Virus record (IMG/VR): IMGVR_UViG_3300007988_000067
Coordinates: 1-25,445 of that record
Strand: one strand, 5' to 3'
From: a virus
Taxonomy: Duplodnaviria > Caudoviricetes
DNA: 25,445 nucleotides
Every line of letters starts with the position of its first letter. Position 1 is the stretch's first letter. Positions 1-8,823 of the stretch are shown in pieces. Under the pieces are notes generated by a model. It made no database searches, was not told where the DNA came from, and saw nothing but the letters and a program-made list of their open reading frames with translations. A program made the translations under genes and the position numbers.

Positions 1-184
1 CTTTATTATCTTCTTTTTCATTTATAATTTCATTTTCTACACAATTTCTAGGTTTTGGAATCTCAACATATTCAGCAGCACCACACTCAACTAAATTTTG
101 TTCTACTTTTTCATCAAATTCAATAATCTCGCCTTTTTCATAATAAGTTTTATTTGCTTTAATTCTATGTAAAGCTTTTATCAA
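1..184 (-). CDS. Small post-capsid phage protein (3' partial)
   Basis: Not in ORF track; RBS AAAGGGTG then TTG at 184, open to window edge: MIKALHRIKANKTYYEKGEIIEFDEKVEQNLVECGAAEYV...; typical position after the major capsid gene. Confidence 0.7.
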   Translation of the reverse strand, partial: MIKALHRIKANKTYYEKGEIIEFDEKVEQNLVECGAAEYVEIPKPRNCVENEIINEKEDNK

Positions 185-206
185 GTTAATTCACCCTTTC
201 AAATTT

Positions 207-234
207 AATAAAGAGAGTGTTTTCACACCCTCTT
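207..234 (-). terminator. Intrinsic terminator/attenuator after the capsid gene
   Basis: Minus strand AGAGGGTGT-GAAA-ACACTCTCT followed by TTATT, directly after the capsid stop codon. Confidence 0.6.
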
Positions 235-1303
235 AAACAACTTTATATGTTGCCCATGAATTAATATCCCATGGTTTTGGCATTGGCTTCGAAGATAGTC
301 GATGTTTTAAAACATCATCGCTGACATTTGTAATTATTTTAGGTACACGTGTACCTTCGTAAGTATGGAATCTTTTATCTTCTTCCAATTGAGTAATTGC
401 ACCATAAAGCATTTCACCCAAGTTTTTAGGTGCTACTGTAAAGTGATCCGTTGGATAAATTGAACTAACCGTTCCACCAATTGTTTGATACCATGCTTCA
501 TAAATGTATATAGGTAAATTAAGTCCTTTTAAAATACCTGCAAATGTATAACCATTTCCATTTTCAAAGCTTAGTTGAGGATTTAATTCACCAATACTAA
601 AGTTTCTAATATCAAGTAACTTTCTAAAATCTTCATCAGCTTCTAGTAAATCATAAGCATCAGTCCCCAAAATAATAGCTCCTGGATTATATCCAGCTTT
701 TCGAACTTGTCTTACAGCTGATTTAATATCATCCATTTTTTTAGAAGTTGATTCATCCCACTTTTCTGTTGTTTCTAAAGTAGTTTTTTGACCAAATCCA
801 TAATCAATATTATCGTCAATGTAATTCTCTAAATTATCATCTAAATAACCTCTAACATTAATTATTCCATTCGATAAAAGTTCAGAACACATTAATTCTT
901 CTCTTCTAGTTATCATATTATCCATTTCAAGCATATCTTTATCAATTATCGCTTGTTGCCTATCTTCTGGACTCAATGTTGTATGGATTGTTTCACCCAT
1001 TTGCCTATCATTTAACATTTCTTCTGTAATAGGTCTAGAAATAGCAATTGTTGGTGGTTCGTACTCATTTGTTTTATATCCGGTTCTCTCAACATTTATA
1101 CCCGATACATTTGGAGCAACAAAAGGAGCAGTTAAATACTTTCCTTTTCTAAAATCCATATCAACTTTTTTTGTTGTAAATGTATTTACCGCTCCAAAAA
1201 ACATATCTCTCAAAAAAGTTGTTACTGGCATATTCTTATCAAAAGACTTACTCATACTTCTTGGTTCATAGATACCTACATTTCCATTAGTAACATTACC
1301 CAT
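233..1303 (-). CDS. Major capsid protein, lambda gpE family
   Basis: 356 aa; FLRDMFF, APFVAP, ITRREELMC, YGAITQ, SKPMPKP motifs typical of gpE-family capsids; follows the decoration gene. Confidence 0.92.
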   Translation of the reverse strand: MGNVTNGNVGIYEPRSMSKSFDKNMPVTTFLRDMFFGAVNTFTTKKVDMDFRKGKYLTAPFVAPNVSGINVERTGYKTNEYEPPTIAISRPITEEMLNDRQMGETIHTTLSPEDRQQAIIDKDMLEMDNMITRREELMCSELLSNGIINVRGYLDDNLENYIDDNIDYGFGQKTTLETTEKWDESTSKKMDDIKSAVRQVRKAGYNPGAIILGTDAYDLLEADEDFRKLLDIRNFSIGELNPQLSFENGNGYTFAGILKGLNLPIYIYEAWYQTIGGTVSSIYPTDHFTVAPKNLGEMLYGAITQLEEDKRFHTYEGTRVPKIITNVSDDVLKHRLSSKPMPKPWDINSWATYKVV

Positions 1304-1327
1304 AGTTTATATTCCTCCCTTATTTTT

Positions 1328-1978
1328 TTAAGCTTCTGGATATTGATCTGCTAACATAATACCTAAAGCTCTTAGATTTTCTTCCGCATTGCTAGGTGCA
1401 CCATTAGTTCCATATGTCAATTCATCTCTATGGAAATAACCTGTTTTATATGCTACTGCTTTTATATCTGCTGTAGTATCTGCATCGTCCGCAAGTATAT
1501 ACTTAGGTTCAACGCTTCCATCAACTGCATTTGCATCACACAACATATATTTTCCTGCATCATCACTTGCTTCAACTGGTACAGTAAATGTTGCACCTAC
1601 TGTAAAATCAGTAGACCCATCGTTTATAGTGAAATTTATATGTTTACTTGCATATGCAGTTCCTACTACTGCATCAGCTAATCTATTTCCATTTGGATCA
1701 ACAACAGAAAATGTTCCGCTATCAGTTGCAGCCGTTACACATTTTACTATGTAATTACCAATTACAGCATCTTTAGCAATACTTACCGCTGTCATTGTTC
1801 CATTTCCTGTACCTGTTAGTACTGGTGTACCAATTACTTTTTTAATTTCTCCAAGTACACTTCCTTTTTCAAGTGTTCCTTGACCAGATTTCAAAGTTAC
1901 ACCAGTAGTCAACAATTCAACCTCATGTCCTGCAATTAAATTTTCAGGTTTTATACTTCCAACTTCTTGATAACCCAT
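1328..1978 (-). CDS. Head decoration protein (lambda gpD-like) with an inserted beta-rich domain
   Basis: G-x-L-x-KGSVLG N-terminus and ILADDAD...AYKTGYF...LRALGI C-terminus; between protease and capsid genes. Confidence 0.85.
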   Translation of the reverse strand: MGYQEVGSIKPENLIAGHEVELLTTGVTLKSGQGTLEKGSVLGEIKKVIGTPVLTGTGNGTMTAVSIAKDAVIGNYIVKCVTAATDSGTFSVVDPNGNRLADAVVGTAYASKHINFTINDGSTDFTVGATFTVPVEASDDAGKYMLCDANAVDGSVEPKYILADDADTTADIKAVAYKTGYFHRDELTYGTNGAPSNAEENLRALGIMLADQYPEA

Positions 1979-1980
1979 AA

Positions 1981-3108
1981 TTACTCAATCCCCCTTCTTC
2001 TTTTATCTAAATTCATCGCTGAATTTTTAAGCCTATCTACTAATGTAGCAGGTTTTTCTTCTCCTGTTGCTGGCTCATTTGCAGGCGGTGTTACATCACC
2101 ATCTTTAGAATCATCAGAATCATCTTTAGAATTCTTAAGATATTCTGATGATTTGTTTTGTTGCTCTAACATAGCTTTATAAGCTAATGATTCAGCGTTA
2201 TCAAATTCCTCATACTTAGCTTTATTTAAAAGCTCAGGCGAAACAGAATTTTTTAACTCATCTAACTTTTTCATTCTTTCTCTTTCTTCTTTCACAGCAT
2301 CATTTCTGATGTCTTTTTCAATTTCATTCTTGTAAGCATTTAGTAATTCAGGATGCTCTTTTTTCAATGTTTCTAAGTCCATCTTTACTTCCCCCTTCTT
2401 ATTTTTATTTTGATTATTTATATAAAGTGGTTGATTAACCACAGTAATACAAGGTTTATTCTTGAAACTTGACAAGTCATGCGAGATTCCATTTGTAATT
2501 AAAAAATTATTTTGAATAGCATCATCAATTTTAACTTTTTCAAACATAACCTCATCCGCAAAACCTTTTTCAACACAATCATCTGCAGTAAGCCATGACT
2601 CTTCTCTCATCATTTTGTAAAGTTCTTCTTCATCAATACTAACTTTACTCAAATATGCGTTCATGATAGATTTTTTAACCTTTTCTAAAGCTATTGCTTT
2701 TTTCTCAAGTTCTTCAGCATTAAAATAACCCATTATTCCAACCATTGGGTCATGTATCATCATCATTGCATTTGTTGGAATTATAATCTTATCTCCAGCC
2801 ATGGCGATGATTGTTGCAGCACTTGCAGCAATACCATCAATAATAACTGTAATTTTGGCTTTGTGATTTTTTAGGTTAGTATATAAAGCTTGTGCTACAA
2901 AAACATCTCCACCAGATGAGTTTATTCTTACTGTAATTTTCTTTTTATCTTTCAATTTTTCTAATTCGTCTAGAACTTCACTTTGAACAATTAAATCAGA
3001 ACTCTCATCATCCCAAAACCAACGTCTAGCTTCTTGGACTGCACCATATAATTTTATTTCAGCTTCACTTTCTGATTTATTGACTATTGTTAGAAACTTG
3101 TGCACCAT
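1981..3108 (-). CDS. ClpP-related head maturation protease with C-terminal scaffold region
   Basis: INSSGGDV, DGIAASAATII (catalytic Ser), MMMIHDP (His), ESWLTA; C-terminal LKKEHPEL...ERERM scaffold-like segment. Confidence 0.93.
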   Translation of the reverse strand: MVHKFLTIVNKSESEAEIKLYGAVQEARRWFWDDESSDLIVQSEVLDELEKLKDKKKITVRINSSGGDVFVAQALYTNLKNHKAKITVIIDGIAASAATIIAMAGDKIIIPTNAMMMIHDPMVGIMGYFNAEELEKKAIALEKVKKSIMNAYLSKVSIDEEELYKMMREESWLTADDCVEKGFADEVMFEKVKIDDAIQNNFLITNGISHDLSSFKNKPCITVVNQPLYINNQNKNKKGEVKMDLETLKKEHPELLNAYKNEIEKDIRNDAVKEERERMKKLDELKNSVSPELLNKAKYEEFDNAESLAYKAMLEQQNKSSEYLKNSKDDSDDSKDGDVTPPANEPATGEEKPATLVDRLKNSAMNLDKRRRGIE

Positions 3109-4666
3109 CTACACCTCCATTAAAAATTAATCCTGCTTGAATCATCTTCTTATTTTCGTCTTCCAACTGAACTATATTGTTTTCGAAGTCACCACCATTA
3201 ATTTCAGTTGTTTCTCTTTCCCTTGTACTAAAGCCGTTTTCAACTCTAAGTTTAGCAGCATTAACCTCTTTAACAGGGTCAATTTGCCCTGGAGCAGGTC
3301 CAATCCATTCAGAGCCTTGCCAAGCTTTACGAATAATTGGATCTGCAAAATATCCTGGTGCATTAATGCGTCCTCTTGCAACAGCTTCATTAAGCCACAA
3401 CTCATACACAGGTTTACAAAAATCATTAGCAAACCATGTTCTTTTCATTCGAAATGACTTCCAAGCTTCCAACAGTGCTGCCCTTGATGCTGAATATGAT
3501 GCCAAGAATGATTTAGTTAATAACTCATGTGGAATTTCAAGTGCTGCACCAATATGCTTAGTTATAGAAGTAACAAAACCCTCAAATCCACTTGCTGGTC
3601 TTTTAGGATCTGCAAATACTACATCCTCATTTTCACCAAGCACATTAATTGTTCCAGCTCCAAGCTCATAAGTTGTTGGGTCTGCATCATCAACTCTTTC
3701 AGATTCACTTATAGAATCTTCAAATGGTATTTCACTTCTGTTACCAGTTTGTTTTATGAACACAGTAAAAAAAGCTTGAATAACCGCAGCAGTTAATTCA
3801 GCTTCTGTGTATCTAGTTATTTGTAATAACGACTCAATTACAGGTGATAGATAAGGAACTCCTCTGTATTGTTCACACCTTTCAGATTCCATAAGATGAA
3901 GTATGTTTGGATTGCCCGTCTTATCTCCATAAGCTTGTATTCTTGTAAACTTTGCATTACATAAATTATTACCCATATAATGACTTGAAACGTAATAAGC
4001 AACTATCGAACCATTTTTATTTATTTCAACACCATTTATAATTTTATTTCCATTAGATAATTCTTCTATTAGTGTTTTTTGACTATTTAAAATTCTAGGA
4101 TTATAAATTCTATCAGCTTCAATCATGTGTAATCTTAACGAGTAAGGATAAAATTGAGTTGGATTATCCATTTCAATGATACAAAATCCATCACCATTTA
4201 GAATCCAACTTGTAAAAGCTAATTGTTGTAATTCATAAAAATTATTAACTCTTGTTGTATCACAAAACTTCGATTCCGCCCAAAGTAAAAATTCTTTTTC
4301 AGTTCTAATTGACCATTCTTTAGCGGTTTCCTTTGTCATATTTAATAATTTATAATCAATACGAGGTTTAAGCTTCAAACCCTCCCCTACAACATTAGTT
4401 CTATTGGTATTAATAGCACTTCTAGCTAATGCTGAACCCATGAATAAGCTTCTAGACCTTTGTCTTAAGGTATTAAGATTATAGTCTATATCTTCTACTG
4501 GACTTTTAGACTTAGATATCATACCCTTTAAAGCTTTTTTAATCTTGCTTGCCCCGGAATCACTATAACCGGAGTTTATAAATTCCTTTGCAATTTGATG
4601 CTGAATAGCTTTTTTAGGGCTAAAAAAACTTAATGTTTTAGCAAATATACTTATTGTAATCACCAC
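3077..4666 (-). CDS. Portal protein, lambda gpB family
   Basis: LRQRSRSL, NVVGEGLKL, IEADR, QYRGVP, SYSASRAALLE, IDPVKE motifs; exact start uncertain. Confidence 0.95.
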   Translation of the reverse strand: MVITISIFAKTLSFFSPKKAIQHQIAKEFINSGYSDSGASKIKKALKGMISKSKSPVEDIDYNLNTLRQRSRSLFMGSALARSAINTNRTNVVGEGLKLKPRIDYKLLNMTKETAKEWSIRTEKEFLLWAESKFCDTTRVNNFYELQQLAFTSWILNGDGFCIIEMDNPTQFYPYSLRLHMIEADRIYNPRILNSQKTLIEELSNGNKIINGVEINKNGSIVAYYVSSHYMGNNLCNAKFTRIQAYGDKTGNPNILHLMESERCEQYRGVPYLSPVIESLLQITRYTEAELTAAVIQAFFTVFIKQTGNRSEIPFEDSISESERVDDADPTTYELGAGTINVLGENEDVVFADPKRPASGFEGFVTSITKHIGAALEIPHELLTKSFLASYSASRAALLEAWKSFRMKRTWFANDFCKPVYELWLNEAVARGRINAPGYFADPIIRKAWQGSEWIGPAPGQIDPVKEVNAAKLRVENGFSTRERETTEINGGDFENNIVQLEDENKKMIQAGLIFNGGVDGAQVSNNSQ

Positions 4667-4685
4667 CTGTCGAAAAATAATATTT

Positions 4686-5288
4686 TTAATCTATTAAACC
4701 TTTAGATTCTTCATAAAAAAACATTTTAAAATAAACCTCGGCTGTTGAATCTCCTATGTTTGTAAATTTTAAAATATAATAAACATTTGATGTCTTGGTT
4801 ATTAATTCTTGGTTTTCACTTGAGTTGATTTCAGCATTACCAGTATATTGATTAGTTGAATCTGCTAAAGCTACTGCATCATCCCAAACAGTTCCTCCTG
4901 AATAAGTTGGACTTTGTTTTATCGTACTCTGTGCAACATTAGAAGAATTATCATTTGTATTCCTTATGCTAACAGATGTACCAGTATCAGTAGTAACAGT
5001 TACATTCTTTAGGATTTCTAGTTTTATTGATGATCCTAATGTTTGCAACTTTATGTTTTTTAAATGTGCATATAAAGTTGACGGTGATTTAAATGAAAAT
5101 TCTTTTATAGCCCCAGCATTCAAAGAAAATAACGAGCTTGCTAAATTGCCATATCCTGAATGATGAGCGGAATGATCTGAATTTGTATTTTTTATACCAT
5201 CTGTTATTTTTTCAAAAACATTAGATACTTCCGCAAGTGTTCCATCTTCTCTTTCTAAATATAATTTTAATTTTTCTAAAACTGACAT
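4686..5288 (-). CDS. Hypothetical beta-rich protein inserted between gpW and portal genes
   Basis: 200-aa ORF tightly packed in the head operon; Thr/Ser/Asn-rich; no family recognised. Confidence 0.75.
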   Translation of the reverse strand: MSVLEKLKLYLEREDGTLAEVSNVFEKITDGIKNTNSDHSAHHSGYGNLASSLFSLNAGAIKEFSFKSPSTLYAHLKNIKLQTLGSSIKLEILKNVTVTTDTGTSVSIRNTNDNSSNVAQSTIKQSPTYSGGTVWDDAVALADSTNQYTGNAEINSSENQELITKTSNVYYILKFTNIGDSTAEVYFKMFFYEESKGLID

Positions 5289-5290
5289 AT

Positions 5291-5521
5291 TTACACATCC
5301 CTCAAAGTTATTCTGTAAGCTTTACGCTTGCCACTACTGTTTGATTCTAATTCATCAATCATATCTTCTAAATACTTAATGTTTTTTTGAATATCATCTA
5401 AATCGGCTCTTTCTAATTCTCTTGAACCTATTTTATATCTTTTACCATCAAGTACTGCAAGCTCAGCTAAATAATAAGCTTCTAATCTACTTTGATACCT
5501 TTCTAATCTACTTAATGCCAA
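5291..5521 (-). CDS. Head completion protein, gpW-like
   Basis: RLEAYYLAELAVLDGKRYKIGSRELERADL motif; directly after terL; TTG start at 5521 fits the RBS. Confidence 0.85.
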   Translation of the reverse strand: MALSRLERYQSRLEAYYLAELAVLDGKRYKIGSRELERADLDDIQKNIKYLEDMIDELESNSSGKRKAYRITLRDV

Positions 5522-5536
5522 AATTACCACCCCGCT

Positions 5537-7378
5537 TTAATCTATTCCTTTTTTCACAACACCACGTCTTTTCTTTTTGACTTGCTTATTATCAACAGTA
5601 TTATCAACTGATTGTGCATTGTTTATTTTTTGATTAAGTCTATCAAAATCAACATTTAGAACTTTCATGGCACAAAAAGCATAGTTACGAACATCAAAAG
5701 GCTCATTTCTCTCTTTTATTTTTTCCCATACCATCTTAGGTTGACCTCTTACATTTCTTTTGACAAGCTTTTCACTCGTAAGTCCTTCAAAATATATCCT
5801 GTCATAACCTAGTTCAGTATTTAATGGGAAATTACAAAAACCATCACCTTTTTGTTTTATTTTCAATCTCGAAATTATATTTGATTTACCGCCATCAACT
5901 CCTAAGATAACCACTAAGGCATTCTCACGTTTTGACCTATAATATCTATGTATAAAAGGTAATCCCTCACCACCATGTCCTTTTATAGAATAAATTCTAT
6001 TTTGTTCATGTTTTTTAGTGAACTTATAAACATCAGTAGTGTTATGTCCACCTGAGTCAATAAATGTACATGCAATTTTAAGCCTTGAACCATCGATAAA
6101 ACTATATTCTTTAAAAATAATATTCTCTAATTGCTCCCAAGTTTGAGGGTTATCAGGCTTACCCAAAATTCTGTCATATTTAATTCCCCAAGATTGTTCA
6201 CCTCTGCCCCATCCTACAATTTCATACTCAAGTCTATCGCCTTGGGTATCAACACCACATGTCAATAGTAAAACACCTTCAGGAATTTCAGCCTGATACT
6301 CTTCCCTACGCTCCATTAAAAAATCAGTCTTATCAATTTCAGCAGAAATTTCAAAAGACTGACCAAATAATGTATTAACAACAACCTTTAGCATTTGTTC
6401 ATCATGCTTAGATTCAAGCCACTCTTTTATTATCGCTTCCCAACTACCCCATGGACTTACAAAGGCATTAAGGTGAAAACTTCTAACACCTTTTGCATCT
6501 GGATTGTTTTTAATCCATTCACCCTTTTGTTTCTTCCACGTAAATTCATTTGCTTTTTCTAAACAAGCTGGACATTGAAAAAACACATCACTTACTTCAT
6601 ATTTTCCTAAATCATTTTTACTATGTTCAAACTTCATACCATGTATATTCAAGTACTGTGGATCACCACAATGTGGACACTCTATTTTCCAAACTTCCAT
6701 AGTTCCTTTTTGATACTCATATTCAATCCTTGACATGCCTTTGATTGTAGGAGTTGATACAAATATCTTTTTCTTATTCCAAAAAGTTGTAGTTCTTCTC
6801 TCAACAAGTGATAAAGGATCTCCTTCAGTTCCTGCAGATACTGGATACCTGTCAATTTCATCAGCAAGTAATATTCTAATGGGTCTACTTGCTAATCCTG
6901 CTGGACTATTAGCTCCACCAAGTGCAAGGAATCCTCCTGGGAAGTTCTTCATCAAAATTGTATTATCTGAATCTCTTGTCTTAGCATCAGATACTTTTTC
7001 AGTTAAACATTTAGTATCACGAATCATTGGAGCAATACGCTCTTTAGAATACGATTTAGCTAACTCTACAGTAGGTTGAATAAATAACATAGGTCCTGGA
7101 TCTAAATCTATAAAATATCCGATTATAACATTACACATGACAGATTTACCTATTTGAGAACTTGTCATTAACACAATCTTCTCAATCTTTGAGTCATTTA
7201 TAGAATTTAATATTTCTTTTTGATACGGTGCCCTATCAGTTCGCCAACGTCCTGGTTCTGCAGATGATTCTTTTGATAACATAATATTTTCATCAGCCCA
7301 TTCAGATACATTTAAATCTTTTGGGGGTTCAAATGTATTAAGAATCCTCAAAAATGATTTTTTAAGATTCTTCTTCAT
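5537..7378 (-). CDS. terL: Terminase large subunit, gpA family
   Basis: VSEWADE, PGRWRTDRAPYQ, SSQIGKS (Walker A), LLADEIDRYP (Walker B), STPT, CPHCG, GVDTQ, IDSGG, RNEPFD; start set from GAGGAGG RBS. Confidence 0.97.
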   Translation of the reverse strand: MKKNLKKSFLRILNTFEPPKDLNVSEWADENIMLSKESSAEPGRWRTDRAPYQKEILNSINDSKIEKIVLMTSSQIGKSVMCNVIIGYFIDLDPGPMLFIQPTVELAKSYSKERIAPMIRDTKCLTEKVSDAKTRDSDNTILMKNFPGGFLALGGANSPAGLASRPIRILLADEIDRYPVSAGTEGDPLSLVERRTTTFWNKKKIFVSTPTIKGMSRIEYEYQKGTMEVWKIECPHCGDPQYLNIHGMKFEHSKNDLGKYEVSDVFFQCPACLEKANEFTWKKQKGEWIKNNPDAKGVRSFHLNAFVSPWGSWEAIIKEWLESKHDEQMLKVVVNTLFGQSFEISAEIDKTDFLMERREEYQAEIPEGVLLLTCGVDTQGDRLEYEIVGWGRGEQSWGIKYDRILGKPDNPQTWEQLENIIFKEYSFIDGSRLKIACTFIDSGGHNTTDVYKFTKKHEQNRIYSIKGHGGEGLPFIHRYYRSKRENALVVILGVDGGKSNIISRLKIKQKGDGFCNFPLNTELGYDRIYFEGLTSEKLVKRNVRGQPKMVWEKIKERNEPFDVRNYAFCAMKVLNVDFDRLNQKINNAQSVDNTVDNKQVKKKRRGVVKKGID

Positions 7379-7847
7379 CTTCATCCTCCTCGGCAACATC
7401 TTCAAACCTATAATTGCTCAATTCAGTTAAAGCACTTCTAATCTCAATATCTATTTCTTCTCTGATAAGATTTATATTATCTTCAGATACAATTCTAGGA
7501 GCAATTTTACTTGCTAATCCTAATAATTTAGCTTTGCAATTTGCAATAACATTAATCATTGCATATTCAACTTCTTCTAGGCTAACTAAATCCCTCTCAA
7601 TCTTTTTAAGTTTAAGTTCTGATAGTTTCCTCTTAACTTCTTCATGTTTAGCCTTTTCTTTATCTAAACTCTCACAAGAAGTTGTGTCATATTTGAATTT
7701 GTAATATTTATCTATTGCATCACAAGCTAAATATTTATTGTTATCATTCTTAGAAATGATATTATCGCTCGTGAGTTGATGCACTCTTCTTTCGCTTAGA
7801 TTGATTAAATGAGCCAATTCTTTAGCACTTAATTCTGAAATCAGCAA
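7362..7847 (-). CDS. terS: Terminase small subunit (Nu1-like)
   Basis: N-terminal wHTH SAKELAHLINLSERRVHQL, coiled coil, overlaps the terL start; TTG at 7847 after GGAGGTGG. Confidence 0.9.
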   Translation of the reverse strand: MLISELSAKELAHLINLSERRVHQLTSDNIISKNDNNKYLACDAIDKYYKFKYDTTSCESLDKEKAKHEEVKRKLSELKLKKIERDLVSLEEVEYAMINVIANCKAKLLGLASKIAPRIVSEDNINLIREEIDIEIRSALTELSNYRFEDVAEEDEDEEES

Positions 7848-7957
7848 TAATACCACCTCCTCGAAATGTTTTATTATATGTTTTTCTATTTTGCTAAATT
7901 AAGGTACTAACCATGTCACAGAATGAAGTCATATGAAAAATTTTTGTAACTGATTAA

Positions 7958-8007
7958 ATCTCGGGCTCGTCCGCCCCCGCAATGGATTTTATTTTCTGGA
8001 AGTACCT
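7958..8007 (-). other. Lambda-like cos site (cosQ-like plus cosN-like)
   Basis: Minus strand AGGTACT-23 nt-GGGGCGGACGAGCCCG, a GC island just upstream of terS; parallels lambda GGGTCCT-23 nt-GGGCGGCGACCT. Confidence 0.7.
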
Positions 8008-8020
8008 TTTATATCTTGAA

Positions 8021-8254
8021 CTATACTGCTAACCCTGCTTTTCTAAACCATCTTATTAATAATGCTGGTTTTTTCTTGTTTTTTATATGTATTCTTATTG
8101 CATTGGTAACTCTTCTCTTAAGCATATGTACGAGTAATATTCCTTCATCACCATATTGTTTACATTGATACCTTCTCCATGCACTTCTTAGCCCTGTATT
8201 TCCATATATTTTTCTCATTTTATTTCTTAGAACTTTTCTTGTAAAGCTACCCAT
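8021..8254 (-). CDS. Small basic hypothetical protein
   Basis: 77 aa, Arg/Lys-rich, RBS AAGGTG, start overlaps the upstream stop (TAATG). Confidence 0.7.
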   Translation of the reverse strand: MGSFTRKVLRNKMRKIYGNTGLRSAWRRYQCKQYGDEGILLVHMLKRRVTNAIRIHIKNKKKPALLIRWFRKAGLAV

Positions 8255-8481
8255 TAGTAATCACCTTCTTGTGCTTGAGTGAAATCAACATAATACTCTT
8301 TGCCTACCTCAAACTTTTCAGCAGCATGTATATTGACTGTTCATAAATTTACACTTCCAGCTGGAGTATAATTGTAAAACTTTTCATTTTCTTCACTTCC
8401 ACCTATTACTGGTTTTAAATTAATTTCAAAACCATACTCATTCTCAAGCTTTGTTTCAACCTTAAATTTTGCTCTAACCAT
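8254..8481 (-). pseudogene. Conserved small phage protein interrupted by one in-frame TGA (8341-8343)
   Basis: GGAGG RBS; MVRAKFKVETKLENEYGFEINLKPVIGGSEENEKFYNYTPAGSVNL*TVNIHAAEKFEVGKEYYVDFTQAQEGDY*; the final TAA is coupled to the next ATG. Confidence 0.75.
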
Positions 8482-8515
8482 TTTAACTACCTCCATATAT
8501 ATTTTTATTTAATTA

Positions 8516-8593
8516 AGCTAGGTGCAGGATTCGAACCTGCATCTTCTTGAACGTCTTCATCGTTTTACCAATTTTTTCTTAAACTACCCTAGC
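8516..8593 (-). tRNA. tRNA-like element / pseudo-tRNA, anticodon undetermined
   Basis: Acceptor GCTAGG/CCTAGC, D arm GTTT...TGGTA-AAAC with long loop, perfect T arm GCAGG-TTCGAAT-CCTGC; anticodon arm reduced to TGAA-GACG-TTCA; no encoded CCA. Confidence 0.6.
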
Positions 8594-8625
8594 ATTATTA
8601 ACAGAGTCATTTAGACTCTTTTACA

Positions 8626-8662
8626 GTAAAAAACCTTAGCCACATGGACTAAAGTTTTTTAC
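8626..8662 (-). terminator. Terminator-like hairpin in the late leader
   Basis: Minus strand GTAAAAAACTTTAGTCCA-TG-TGGCTAAGGTTTTTTAC: stem followed by a T6 run. Confidence 0.5.
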
Positions 8663-8713
8663 AGTGAATATATTTAATTATTTTGAGGTGAACCCTATTC
8701 AACCAACATCTAC

Positions 8714-8746
8714 ATTTTATCACACAAAAAGTGAAAAAAAGTGAAA
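8714..8746 (-). promoter_or_regulatory. Candidate activator-dependent late promoter
   Basis: Extended -10 TGaTAAAAT (8714-8722) with tandem 10-bp repeats TTTCACTTTT (8727-8746) in place of a -35; another copy at 8808-8816. Confidence 0.55.
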
Positions 8747-8823
8747 AGTTTAATTTCCTTCGAAACCTAAGTCAATTCTTGCATATGTGGTGTTTTTTGT
8801 ATGTTAAAAAAGTGAATATTTTT

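Noticed and set aside
341-356. Palindrome as a parS site
   Set aside because: Shares only the CACGTG core with the TGTTTCACGTGAAACA consensus and lies in coding sequence
1430-7704. Plus-strand and alternate-frame ORFs inside head genes (1430, 1967, 3137, 3172, 3177, 3527, 4966, 6682, 6735, 7414)
   Set aside because: Shadow ORFs overlapping well-supported structural genes; no RBS or family motif recognised
8540-8562. tRNA-like element as a UGA suppressor or tRNA-Sec (contains TTCAA)
   Set aside because: The TCA is not in a 7-nt loop closed by a stem and lies too close to the T arm; no long variable arm
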